A DNA stretch of 64,000 nt. It comes from Paraspadella gotoi (Eukaryota > Animalia > Chaetognatha). The stretch lies in NCBI GenBank assembly GCA_051294375.1, contig CM119265.1:17850893-17914892 (forward strand). Direction: 5' to 3'. The notes below the pieces were generated by a model. It was given only the letters and a program-made list of their open reading frames with translations, was not told the DNA's origin and did no database searches. Numbering within the stretch: the stretch's first letter is position 1; every line of letters begins with the position of its first letter. The translations under genes were made by a program, and so were the position numbers. This document shows positions 1-19,007 of this stretch, piece after piece.

Positions 1-1291
1 AACGAATGCATTGTTTTGAAATTGAAATATATTTTAATAATTTAACTCCGGCGATATACGGCTCTTTGAACAAAAGGAGAAGTTCGAAGAATTTCCGCTT
101 GCCTTTTTGTGTCGCTTTCACTCGAGAAGACACCCGAAACAAATGACGCAGTTTCAGTTCCAACTTCGTTGTTTTTAATCTGATTGCCCATTGATGGTCA
201 CAAAATTGTTATCCAAAAATGCTACGTCGAATAAATAAAAAGTGTCATCAGTATTATAAATTTCAAAAATGCTTTATGAAAAAATAAGCTGAAGAAATTA
301 AAAATGTGGAGAGAAACTCTCTCTGCTTAAGCAGAGACGTCGAATGACACCATCTCACTCTGCCTCCTTTTATAAACATAAAACAACCGTGAGGGTGAAT
401 GCGTGATGCCGATTATGACTAGGAACGCCATAATCTCGTTAGCTTGTGTTTCTCAAAGCTTCAGACATTTTTTCTAGTACTATAACCTAACAAACAAACA
501 AACAAAAAATACTAGTGAATAAAATTAGCGGATTACTACAATTACAAGTACAGAAATATTTGAGCATTTCTACAAACTTAAACAGAATACAGTTTCACAT
601 AGTAGAAATCAATATCATAGTAGCGTCCGTGAAGAAGGAAAAGCCTCGACACCCTTTGAAATAACGATTGCGTTCTACCTTGCCTCTGAAGAGACAGTAA
701 GTATTGTCATGTCTTAGTGACAGAACCGTTCAATATAAGCAGTCCCTGAGCTCCGGATCAGGCTGTAACACCGTGTTACAGCGGGTTAAGCGCCCCGTCC
801 CTCTTAACTGCTAGGCGACCACCGGGCTAGAACCCCGGACCTTTGGGCGAATGAATTGCCTCCGGCAACAATGGCCGTTGATTAACGGTAGGTGGATTTT
901 AGTCCACCATACCTCCTTTCTCTACGGCGATTCGAAGAAAAGAGAATCAGCACCAGGATTATTATTTTTATTTTCATCGTGTTTCCCGATGCACTCAGAT
1001 GCGATAGTTGAATTCAGCCACTTTCATTGGTACCTACAAAAGTTTAATTTTTTTTGCGTGCTGGAACAGATTCCAGCGTTTGAATACGGTGAAGTTCACG
1101 ATGTTGTTTAAAAGGATAATGGGTTTAAAGAGTAGCGATCTCCTTGTATAACAAAAAAAAAAGGCTAATAAATTGCTTCCTCTCAAGCGCAGGACGAGAC
1201 CAAAGAGTTCCCGAGCGTCAAGAGCAGACGACCGCCGAGACTGAAAAACACAAACAAAGCTTTTGGAAGAATGGCGGCTTTTTAGACGCCA
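1..1291. repeat. Segment A, copy 1 (direct repeat of 21123-22421)
   Basis: aacgaatgcattgttttgaaa...agacgcca is collinear with 21123-22421; differences are mostly scattered 1-2 nt indels. Confidence 0.95.
741..960. ncRNA. Candidate structured RNA (chain of ~8 adjacent stem-loops); family unassigned
   Basis: Consecutive inverted repeats: cctga/tcagg, gctgtaacac/gtgttacagc, gttaag/cttaac, ccggg/cccgg, ggcga/ttgcc, ccgtt/aacgg, ggtgga/tccacc, ctcctttctc/gaagaaaagag. The 5' and 3' ends can pair imperfectly and T-runs follow. No family confirmed. Confidence 0.25.
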
Positions 1292-2474
1292 CCTGAAGAA
1301 AAGGAAAGGTGGGTGAGAGAAGGGTAGAAGTTGATGAGTCATTATAAGAACGATTATTATATTAGGCAGATATTAGGGCAGATTATAGAGATTGCGGAGA
1401 TTCAAAGACGGATTTCGATTAGTATTCACCCTATAACGATTTTAAGAAAGTGTGGGCCTGGGGTTTCTACTAACGTCTGGAAAACGAATAAGCAAAGGGG
1501 AACAAATTTCGACCTAAACAGATGTGGACGACGATAAGAGGAAATCTATCAAAATAAAGATAAAACAAATGGAAATCCGGATCGAAAATCGTCCATTAAA
1601 ACGAAAAAGGAGCATCGAAAACGAGGCGCGTAATTCACCTGAGAACGAAAAGCCGTCGCGAATTACGAAGCCCTGATTCGTTGAGAGCAGGCGATTCCTG
1701 ATTTGATTAGGGACGGGGAGATCCTTTGGCGTAATGAAGGGACGCGATCGGCTCGGCGAGTGGGCGATTGACGTAAACCACGCAGAAATGTCGCATCGTC
1801 GCTGGCGGGGGGGATTTCGTTATTATGTTGCTTTACTTTATTTCGCTTGACATTTTTAACTTACAAAGTATGTAATTGGATCTGTGGATCTTGGATTCTC
1901 CATTAGGGAGACTTGGTCTTTTGCTTACCGGAACGCCCGGCTCACACTCAAACCGCTGTTCGTCGCGGCGAACCCTATCTGTTTGCTACGAAAAAGATTG
2001 GTGAAAGTCAAGCCTTAATGCATTTCTAAGATTAATCAAAAGCTGAACGACGCGAGAGGGGGGGGGGGGTTCGACGACGACGACGTCGATAATGCCTGGA
2101 AATGCGCGAGGGGCGCTAAATTGGCCGCCTGGAGAGTTATCGCGCCCCACAGTCTTCGCCTAACGCTACCCCATGAAAACATAATTGGAAGCAACGCCAC
2201 TGGGCAAACCGGGCTTCAGTTAACATTCTCTTCATCGACTTTTTTCTTATGAAATCCTTTATTAGTCGGTAGGTGCAGATCTCACTCTTCACTCTCTCGC
2301 TCTCTCTCTCTCTCTCTTCCCTTTCCCGGGCTAAAGAAGGAGTTTGAAATTCTCGAGAGAAATTGTTTTTTGAAGTCCGGAGTGAGTCCTGGGGGAAAAA
2401 ATCACGCTCAGCAAGTATACGGATTACGAGTCTGTTTGCTGCCATGCTCTTTCTTTTCTTTCCAATTCATCTTT

Positions 2475-2514
<40 letters not shown>

Positions 2515-2524
2515 CTTCTCTCCT

Positions 2525-2566
<42 letters not shown>

Positions 2567-5500
2567 CTTTTTTACCCTCTACTGTCTGTTTTTTTCCTCT
2601 CCGTTTTCTCGCCATTTCTGTTTTATGAACGAGTCGAGGCGGTGATTCTGAAAGCCCTCTTTCAGTCTGACTCTCTTTCTCTCCTTTCCTGTCTTTTCAC
2701 AAAATCTCTCTCTGTGTCTCTCCTTTCTCTTTCCATAGGCCTCTCTCCCCCTCCCATTCCGACCGGAAATGCGTTGCAGAATCCTCAGAAAGAAATTGCC
2801 TGCCGCCCAATTTGAAAAAAAAAAAAATCGATTTCTCGGTGAACTGCGCCTGGGAAAAAAAAAAAGAGGTCCAAGGAAAAGAGAAACTGAAGGGGCATGT
2901 TTTGGTTAGGGAAGAAAGTTGACCCGGCTGTCCTCATGCCCGCCGACGTTTTGAATATATCGAAGAAGATTATTACATGTGTGCACTTTATCGGTTTAAT
3001 TTTTACTGGAAATAAAGTTATGATTATTGAATATGTAAATAAAATTAATATCAAATTATTTATTGATGCAAATGATGACTACAAAAAAAGGAAAGATTCA
3101 ATGTTTAATCTAGCCATAGTTATATTGAGCAGTTATTCTCAATCGCGGGAAAATATAATTCATAAATCGCATAAGGAAATTCTAAATAAATAAATAAATA
3201 GCAACAGAAAAAATCTCTTTTCTTTTCGGCAGAGAACTCGACGTCAGAATTGACGCTGAGGCTCTAATGGGGTTTTGTGGTCGCCGTTTCCATTTTGTTC
3301 GTCGGAGAATAAAACGGAATTCAAGCGCCACGACGGAAAAAAATAAAAACGAAAAGGGAACTTGTAAATGAACGGCAAACTGAAAGAAGCAAAATTACTT
3401 AAATTTTTTTTTGTATGTGAAACCATTTAACTACTTAAATGTATTAGATGAATTAATTATGAATGCTCAGTATTGTGCTAGCAATAACGTCATTTTATTT
3501 TGTTTCTTCTTTGTTTCTTTGTTTCTTGTTTCTTTGTTTCTATTTACTTTCTTTCTGTTCTTTCTTTTTTTCATAATCCTTTTATTTCTTCACTTCCTTG
3601 GATCTTTTCGTCCTGCATCGTCGTTCTCTTCGGCGTCGTCGGACTGTGCAGGATTGCGGGCTGCGGCGCCCCCTCGTGTCAGCGCGGGCAGCCGGAAACG
3701 GCCGAATGGCTGCGCGCGCAGGGCTTCAGAGGGCGGCAGGGGCAGCCGAGAAGGCGGCCGCCATGTTCTTTGATGTGCGGATCTCATCTTAGATTTCAGT
3801 TTTCCGCTTTGATCGAGAATTTTTATTTATTTTATTTTATCTCCTTCGAAGCCGGGGAATAAATTCAAATTAAATTCATTGCGAGTAAACGACTTTGAGC
3901 GCCTCGCCGCTGGCGACGCCCCGCTTGCCGACCTCAGCCGCAATCCTCGTAAGTAAGAGTTAAACGGTTTGGATTGCCACTATTAAACTATATTACACTA
4001 CTATTACCAGTAGGGCCTAAAATGATATTCTAAATTATTTAAACATTTTTTTTTGAAATTTTACAATACATATGAATAAATAAGCTATCTGTCTCTGACT
4101 TTGACATGGTTACGGACAATAGTGGCTTTAAGTCCTTCCACCCTCTTGCAACCATATTAAAATTATTAATAAAATAACGTTAAATACTGGAATTAAATAT
4201 CCAATACAGAGATCATTCACAGGCAAATTCGCAAATCGTGGCAGAGCTAGACCCAGTAGGACAGTCTACTAGACACGGCAATTTTTCGTTCTCGTCAGTC
4301 GTCACCGCCCGTAGCATACGGCCTCGTTCTTTCGCAAAGACGCGTAACGAGACGTCGAAAACTCCCGCTGCCTTCTCGGCGTCCGCTCGTTTTCCCGCCG
4401 CCTCCGCCTCCTCGCTCTGTTTTTACGACGAGAGGCTTCGATTCCTTCTCGTTTCTATTCTCGTTTATTTCTCTTTTGTTTGTCGTTTTGTCGCCGTAAT
4501 TTACGGCCCGAATCGCAGTTGGTTAGGGCGAAAACGGTGATGGAAAACACAAGAGCATCAATAGTGTAGAACGGAGTAATTTCATTGGTAAGCTTGAATA
4601 GGTTTTTCCGTGGTTTGTTTAAAGGATTGCGGCTTGTCATTGAAATTAAATTTGTGTGAGTTTCAATCGGCTGGAAAAGGTGATGCATATGAGGCCGGTG
4701 ATGCAGTGATTCAAAATCCCTACAAATGGTTGCGTGGTGAATTCTTCTGAATCGGGTTTCACATGTGGAGAAGATGCTTTTTAGCGTAAAGGGCTGATTC
4801 TTTTTTTTCAAAGATTTACATGAACTTCTATGTTAAGCCACATCGCACCGCTGGTGTAGTGGATCATGCAAGATTCCCATTCTTGCCGCGACTTTCGGGT
4901 CGATTCCCGGGCGGTGCATGCGTATTCTATTCTATCCCTATTCTACTCTTATTAAACTTTTTTTGCAGAGCATCAATAGCCAATAAATTTATGGACCCCC
5001 TTAAAAAAGATTATTCAAAACCAGATTTACGATTAATATCGCAGACAAGCAGGGTGCATAGTGATTTCTCTCCCTCCCCGCCGCACTCGTTCAAATACGC
5101 CATCTCGTAATCCGTTTTTCAGCCGTCAATAATTAAGCGGGTTATCGACGCGGGCCATATGCTTCAGACTTAATCGCAGCATATCCGCGGGGATGTTTAA
5201 ACCCGAAAGCCCCAGCCTAACAAACACTCACTCGGTTTGTAGCCGTTGTTGCGAGGGGTATTTGTGGAATTAATTCAGTATTTTCGTTTTTAAGTTTGAT
5301 TCGATAATTTAATTTAGAAAATAAACGTAAGTTGCGTTTAATTTAGCTATCGTTTGATGTATTTGGCCGTCTCATACCAGTGTCCACGCACCACGCAAGG
5401 CGGCCAGGGAGCGTCGCTCATTCTTTTAGTGTCTCGAAGGCCAGAAACAAAATCTAATTCCAATTACGATGAACAACTGCTGTATAAACCCGAGAATTTG

Positions 5501-6092
5501 CGAAAACTTTTGCTGTCGCCCCCAAAAACAGCGAACAAGCCTGTCTAATCCTTTAACGATGAAACCTTGCAGACCAAAATACGACGACGACGACGACGAC
5601 GACGTCTTTGCCTCCGCCCCCAATCTCTCCATCCGTCTCGTTCTCCTTTTCCTCGGTTCCGCGGAACATTTTTGACCCGCAGTTCTATTTTTTTCTACTT
5701 CCCAGGCTATAAAAATTTTTTCTCCCCACGATGCGGATAGTTGTCGGCCAATTTTTCTTGATCGTTTACCTTCGGAGACCCACCCGAAAATATTTCGTTC
5801 AACTTTAAAATCGAGTAGTCCTTTTGTCCCGCAATTCACCCAACCTTACCCTTCTTCTTTCACATCCCTCGCTTTCTTCTGTCCCACTCACCCACCCCTC
5901 TCTTACTCCCCTTGCCCCTCCGAAAATCATTACTCCAACCATAAACTCTTCTTTTTTTATTCTTCCCAAACCTCTTCTTAAATCTTACCAAAAACATAAT
6001 GGCCTCATTCCCACCATGTACCTTTTACGTGCATTTAACGATTATCGCCGCGGAGACGGATAATCTCTCTTCTCTCTCTCTCTCTCTCTCTC

Positions 6093-6126
<34 letters not shown>

Positions 6127-6155
6127 GCTCTCTCTCTCTCTCTCATCCTCTCTCT

Positions 6156-6193
<38 letters not shown>

Positions 6194-7707
6194 CTCTCTC
6201 TCTCTCTCTCTTTCCCAACCTGGGCATATTCATCATTCCCCCTTCTCTTCTTCATCCACTCATCAATCCCGACTTCCCCCATTACATTTCTTAATCCTTA
6301 CGTTAAACCCTTTCCCTTTCTTACCCTTTCTTACCACTCCCTTCTTTTCCTCCTCCACTTCGCTCATTAACCCCACCCCGCGGCCACCCGCCTCCCCGCT
6401 TCCCCCTCGACGAAAAGGTCCACTTCTTCTTCGTCGGTAAAAAAAAGCGGCGCGAGATTGATGGAGACCGTCACGGTGACCTTCGCGCAGTTCCGGCGCC
6501 CCTTCTCGGCGGCGGCGCCAGTTTTGTCGGCGCCGCCCCTCGCGTCTCCGACGCATGACTGGACGTTCTAGCGAGAAGCCGCTATCGGGAAATATTTCGA
6601 ACTGTATCTAAGATCATGGCCGACTTTTTCTACCAGGTTTCCCTGGCAGGTCCTCGCTCGGTCCCGCTACCCGCTTCGCCCGAATCTCTTGGGTTTCCTC
6701 TTAACCTCTAAACGCCAAAGTTTGTTTAGGTGCCCTATAAAATATTTTAGAGAAAAAAAAAAAAAACCCCACCCGACCTCTCTCGAAGAGAAAAGTGGCT
6801 GGAACCCGATCGATGCCGCCAAAGCAGCGATCGGAAAGCCATAGTCTCATTTTACACTTTAAATTATTCGTCGTCCATCATGTGGAAGACAAACGTCACA
6901 CTCGCCCTTCTGAAGTTCTTTCTCTCTTTCGTTAAAATTTGGAGAGAAATGAGGCCTCTCGACCCGAGAAGTAACGAGAGTAAACAGCGACGGATCACAA
7001 GATAACGAATCATTCGAAAGACGAAGGGGCGAGTGAACGAAAACCGATTGAGGTAATAATTCCGGCCGATTTTTTGCCCTAGAGGTTTGGAGAGATACAA
7101 TTCTGCGAGAAAAGAGAAAGGTTTTAAAAATGAAAACAAAAATCAACTGAATAAAAAGAAGAAAATAAGGGGAAAACGGAAACGAGAAAATAAGGAAAGG
7201 AAAGGGCAAAGGAAAGAAAAGGAAAGGAAAGGAAAGGAAAGAAAGGAAAGGAAAGAAAGGAAAGGAGAAAAGAAAAGAAAAGAAAAGAAAAGAAAAGAAA
7301 AGAAAAGAAAAGAAAAGGAAAGGAAGGGAAAAAAAGAAAGATGAGAAAGAAATAAATATCAGAAAGAAAGAAAGAAGAAGAAAAGAAAGAAAAGAAAGAA
7401 GATATAAGAAAGAAAGAAAGAAAGAAAAGAAAGAAAGAAAGAAAGAAAGAAAGGAAGAAAGAAAGCGAAGAAAAAAAGAAAAGAACAGCGACAAGACAAG
7501 CAAATTAGAGAAGAAAACATCCGAAGGCTTCTTGCCTCAAAAAAATCAAAAATTCTTGTTGGGCGAAATCGAGTTCCGTCATTCATTTCGTCGGCTTTTC
7601 GATTCGCCTCCGGACCGGAGCTTTCGCTAAAACGCGACCCTGACACGTCGACAAAGACCGATAACACGCTCTCTCTCTCTGTCTTCTCTCTCTCTCCTCT
7701 CTCTCTC

Positions 7708-7750
<43 letters not shown>

Positions 7751-8013
7751 TCTCTCTCTCTTCTCTCTCTCTCTCTCTCTCTCTCTGTCGTGTGATTAAG
7801 CTTAGTTTTTCTTCTCCCTCGCTTCGTTTCGGAATTGGCTTGTTTTTGTTGGTTGTCACGTCCGCCCAACAAATCTCGACGCGCAGAACGTCACTTCTCG
7901 CTCGTCCGTTTCGATATCGTCGTCGTCGTCTCTCGAAAAACGGCGGGAAATTAAAAAAAACTTGGCGCCATTTATTCAAAATCACGTGACCTCGACGGGG
8001 AGCATCCTTCATT
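1292..8013 (+). repeat. Segment B, copy 1 (~6.7 kb, reference orientation)
   Basis: Reverse complement of 8039-14489 and 22422-28884, same orientation as 14515-18865. Mirror ORFs 1331..1537/14244..14450 and 2785..3054/12727..12996 are identical (coordinate sum 15781). Confidence 0.95.
4845..4918 (+). tRNA. tRNA-Gly(CCC), copy with indels in D arm and variable/T region
   Basis: GCACCGCTGGTGTAGTGG-ATCATGCAAGATTCCCATTCTTGC...CGATTCCCGGGCGGTGCA. Anticodon arm GCAAGA-TTCCCAT-TCTTGC is intact; indels versus 25364-25434 look like read errors. Confidence 0.75.
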
Positions 8014-8038
8014 NNNNNNNNNNNNNNNNNNNNNNNNN
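8014..8038. other. Assembly gap (25 N) at the centre of the B1/B2 inverted duplication
   Basis: Run of exactly 25 N with mirrored sequence on each side. Confidence 0.99.
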
Positions 8039-14489
<6,451 letters not shown>

Positions 14490-14514
14490 NNNNNNNNNNN
14501 NNNNNNNNNNNNNN
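14490..14514. other. Assembly gap (25 N)
   Basis: Run of exactly 25 N between B2 and B3. Confidence 0.99.
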
Positions 14515-17500
14515 CTGGAAATAAAGTTATGATTATTGAATATGTGAAATAAAATTAATATCAAATTATTTATTGATGCAGAATGATGACTACAAAAAGG
14601 AAAATCCATGTTTAATTTAGCCAAGTTATTTAGTGAGCAGTTATCTAAAATCGGGAAAAAATATAATTTCATAATCGCATCAGAAATCTAAATAAATAAT
14701 AAATAGCAAAAGAAAAATCTTTTCTTTTCGTCAGAGAAACTCGGGACGTCAGAATTGACGCTGAGGCTCTAATGGGGTTTTTTGTGTCGCCGTTTCCATT
14801 TTGTTCGTCGGAGAATAAAACGAATTCAGCGCCACGACGGAAAAAAATAAAAAACGAAAAAAAGAGGAACTTGTAAATGAACGGCAAACTGAAGAAGCAA
14901 AATTACTGTAATTTTTTTTTTGTATGTGAACCATTTAACTACTTAAAAGAATTAGAATGAATTAATTTATGAATGTCAAGTATTGTGTTGAATAACGTCA
15001 TTTTTATTTTGTTTCTTCTTTGTTTCTTGTTTCTTTATTTCTTTTCTTTCTTTCTTTATTTTCATAATCCTTTTATTTTTCTTCACTTCCTTGTGATCTT
15101 TTCGTCTGATCGTCGTTTCTTCGTCGGCGTCGTCGACTGTGAGGATTGGCGGCTGCGGCGCCCCCTCGTGTCAGGGCAGCCGGAAAACGGCGAGGCTGCG
15201 CGCCGCAGGGGCTTTCAGAGGCGGCAGGGCAAGCCGATAGCGGCGTCGCCCATGTTCTTTGATGTCGGATCTCATCTTAGATTCAGTTTCCGCTTTGATC
15301 GAGAATTTTTATTTTATTTTATTTTATCTCCTTCGAAGCCGGGGAATAAATTCAAATAAATTCATGCGAGTAAACGACTTGAGCGCCTCGCCCGCTGCGA
15401 CGCCGCCACTGCCGACTCAGCGCATCCTCGTAGTAAAGAGTTAAAACGTTGGATTTGCCACTATAAACTATATTACACTACTATTACAGTAGGGCCTAAA
15501 ATGATATTCTAAATTATTTTAAACATTTTTTTTGAAATTTTACAATACATTATGAATAAATAAGCTATCTTGTCTCTGACCTTTACATGTTACGGACAAT
15601 AGTGGCTTAAGTCCTCCATCCTCTTGCAACATATTAAAATTATTAATAAATAACGTTAATAACTGGAACTTAAATTATATTCATACAGAGATCATTCACA
15701 GAGCATCCGAAAATCGTGGCAGAGCTAGACAGTAGACACGCAATCTTTCGTTTCTCGTCAGTCGTCACGCCCGTAGCAGACGGCCTCGTTCTTCGCAAGG
15801 ACGCGTAACGAGCGTCGAAACTCCCGCTGCTCTTCTCGGCGACCGCTCGTTTTCCCGCCGCCTCCGCCTCCTCGCTCTGTTTACGACGAAAGGCTTCCGA
15901 TCCTTCTCGTTTCTATTCTCGTTTATTTCTTCTTTTGTTTTGTCGTTTTGTCGTCGTATTTACGGCCCGATCGCGTGGTAGGGCGAAACGGGAGGCCCAC
16001 AAGAGCATCAATATGTTAGAACGGAGTAACTTCATTTGGGTAAGCTTGATAGGTTTTTCGGTTTGTTTAAAGGTTGCGGCTTGTCATTGAAATTAAATTT
16101 GTGTGGTTTCATCGGCTGAAAAAGGTGATGCATACTTGTGCAGGTGATTCAAAATCCCACAGAGCGGGTCGTGGTGAATCTTCTGAATCGGGTCTCACAT
16201 GTGGAGAAGCATGCTTTTTAGCGTAACAGGCTTGATTCTTTTTTTTTTCAAAGATTTAGCATGAAATTTTTCTATGCAGCCCACATCGCACCGCTGGTGT
16301 AGTGGTATCATGCAAGATTCCCATTCTTGCGACTCGGGTCTCGATTCCCGGGCGCCGTGCATGCGTATTTCTATTCTACTCTATTACTTTTTTTTTGAAG
16401 CCATCAATAGCCAATAAATTTATGACCCTTAAAAATTATCAAACACCAGTTTACGAATTAATATCGCTAGACAGACAGGGTGCATAGATGATTTCTCTCC
16501 CTTCTGCCTCGGTTCAAATACGCCATTCGTCAATCCGTTTTCAGCCGTCAATAATTAAGACGTATCGACCGCGGCCATATGCTTCAGACTCTATCGCGCA
16601 TATTCCGCGCGGGACTGTTTTAAACGAAAGCCCCAGCCTCACAACACTCACTCGGTTTTGTTTTTTTTTTTAGCCGTGTTGCGAGGGTATTTTGGGGAAT
16701 TAATTCAGTATTTTCGTGTTAAGTTTTGATTCGATAATTTAATTTAGAAATAAGTAAGTTGGTTTAATTCTAGCTATCCGTTGATGTATTTGGCCGTCCT
16801 CGACTACCGTCAGTTACCGAGTGTCCAACGGCCACGGCAAGCGCGGCAAGGGACGCTCGCCTCTATTCTTAGTGTCTCGAAAGGCAGAAACAAAATCTAA
16901 TTCAATTACGATGAACAACTGCTGTAAACCGCGAGAATTTGCGAAACTTTGCTGTCGCCCAAACAGCGCAACAAGCCTGTCTAATCTTCTTCTTAAACGA
17001 GAAACTTGCAGACAAAAATTACGACGACACGACGACGACGACGACGACGACAACGACGTCATTTTGCCTCCCGCCCCCATCTCTCCATCCGTCTCCTTTT
17101 CTTCCTCGGCCTTTTTCCGCGGTCATTTTTTTTTTGACCCCGAGTTCTTTTTTTTTCTACTTTCCCACGGCTTAAAAATTATTTTCTTCCCACGATGCGG
17201 ATGTTCGTCTGCGCAATTTTCTTGACTTTTACCTTCGAGACCCACCCGAAATATTCGTTCAACTTTAAAATCGACGGTAGTTCCTTTCGCAATTCACCCC
17301 ACCTTACCCTTCTTTCTTTCACATCCCTCGCTTTTTCTTCTTTCCCACTCACCCACCCTCTCTCTCACTCCCCTTGCCCCTCCGAACATCATTACTCCAA
17401 CCATACTCTTCTTTTTTTATCTTCCCAAAACCTCTTCTTATCTTCCATAAACACATAATGGGCCTCATTCCAATGTACCTTTAGGATTTTTACGATATCG

Positions 17501-17557
17501 CCGCGGAGACGGCATAATCTCTCTCTCTCTTCTCTCTCTCTCTCTCTCTCTCTCTTC

Positions 17558-17588
<31 letters not shown>

Positions 17589-18865
17589 CTCTCTCTCCTT
17601 CTCTCTCTCTTCCCCACTGGGCATATTCATCTCCCTCTCTCTTCTCACTCATCCAATCCCGACTTCCCCCATTACATTTCTTAATCCTACGTTAAACCTT
17701 TCCTTTCTTACCCTTTCTTTTACACTCCCTTCTTTCCTCCTCCACTCCTCATTAACCCCACCCCCGGCCACCCCCGCCTCCGCTTCCCCCTCGACGAAAG
17801 GGTCCCTTCTCTCGTCCGGTAAAAGCGCGCGAGATTGATGGATGACGTCACGGGTTGACCTCGGCGTTCCCGGCGCCCTTACTCGGCGGCCGCGCCAGTT
17901 TTCGGCGCCCCCCTCGGTCTCCGACGATTGCTGGGGCGTTTCTAGCGGGAGCCGACTATCGGGAAAATATTTCGAACTGTATCTAAATCCATGGCCTACC
18001 TTTTTTCTCCAGGTTTTCCCTGGGGGCCAGGGTTTTTCCCTTCGCTCCGGTCGCTACCCGCCTTCGCCCGAATCTCTGGGTTTCCTCTTTAACCTCTAAA
18101 CGCCAAAAGTTGTTTTAGGTGCCCAATAAAATATTTAGAGAAAAAATAATGACCCACCCGACTCTCTCGAAGAGAAAAGTGGCTGCGAACCCGATCGATG
18201 CCGCAAAGCAGCAATCGGAAAGCCAATCTTCATTTTCACTTTAAATAATTCGTCGTCCATCATGTGGAAGACAACGTTCCAACACTCCGCCCTTCGACAG
18301 TTCTTCTCTCTTTCTCGTTAAAATTGGAGAGAAATGAGGCCCTCGACCCGAGAAGTAACGAGGAGTCACGAGATTTCACAGGATAACGAATCATTCGAAA
18401 GACAAGGGGCGAACGTGAACGAAAATCCGATGAGCGGTCAATAATCCGCAGATTTTTTGCTCCTAGAGGTTTGGAAAGTTCATCTGCCGCAGCAAAAAGA
18501 GAAAGCTTTAAAAAATGAAACCAAAATCAAACTGATAAAAAGAAGAAAATAAGGGAAACGGAAAACGAGAAGTATGAGAGGGGAAAAGGAAGAGAAAAGG
18601 AAAGGAAGGAGGAAAAAAGGAAAGGAAAGGAGGAAAGGAAAGGAATGGAAAGGAAAGGAAAGAAGGAAAGACAGAAAGGAGAAAGGAAAGGAAATAAAGA
18701 AAGACAGAACAGAAAAAGAAAGAAAGACAAGAAAAGGAGGAAAGAAAGAAAGAATAAAAAGAAATAAAGAAAAAAGAAAAGAAAGAAACAAAGAAAGAAA
18801 CGAGGAGAGAAGAAGAAGAAAGGAAGAAAGAAAGAAAGAATGAAAGATATAAAGAAAGAAAGAAC
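14515..18865 (+). repeat. Segment B, copy 3 (partial; corresponds to ~3005-7480)
   Basis: Starts ctggaaataaagttatgatt (= ~3005) and ends inside the (GAAA)n tract; noisy. Confidence 0.92.
16288..16361 (+). tRNA. tRNA-Gly(CCC), copy with small insertions
   Basis: Same sequence as 25364-25434 with extra bases in the T arm and acceptor stem. Confidence 0.75.
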
Positions 18866-19007
18866 CAAAATGTAAGAGTAATCTGTGGCGGTCAGAGACG
18901 ATATTTAGACCGATCCTTTTCGTCCGTCAGGTTACGAACCTCGTCCGCGGGGATGGCGCTGATGGAGGAGGCGACGCCACCATCTCCGTCGTTTCTACCT
19001 CTGGGGG

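Noticed and set aside
780-792. Telomerase-template-like ttaaccc on the - strand of the hairpin chain
   Set aside because: It does not give 1.5 copies of the complement of TTAGGG or TTAGG.
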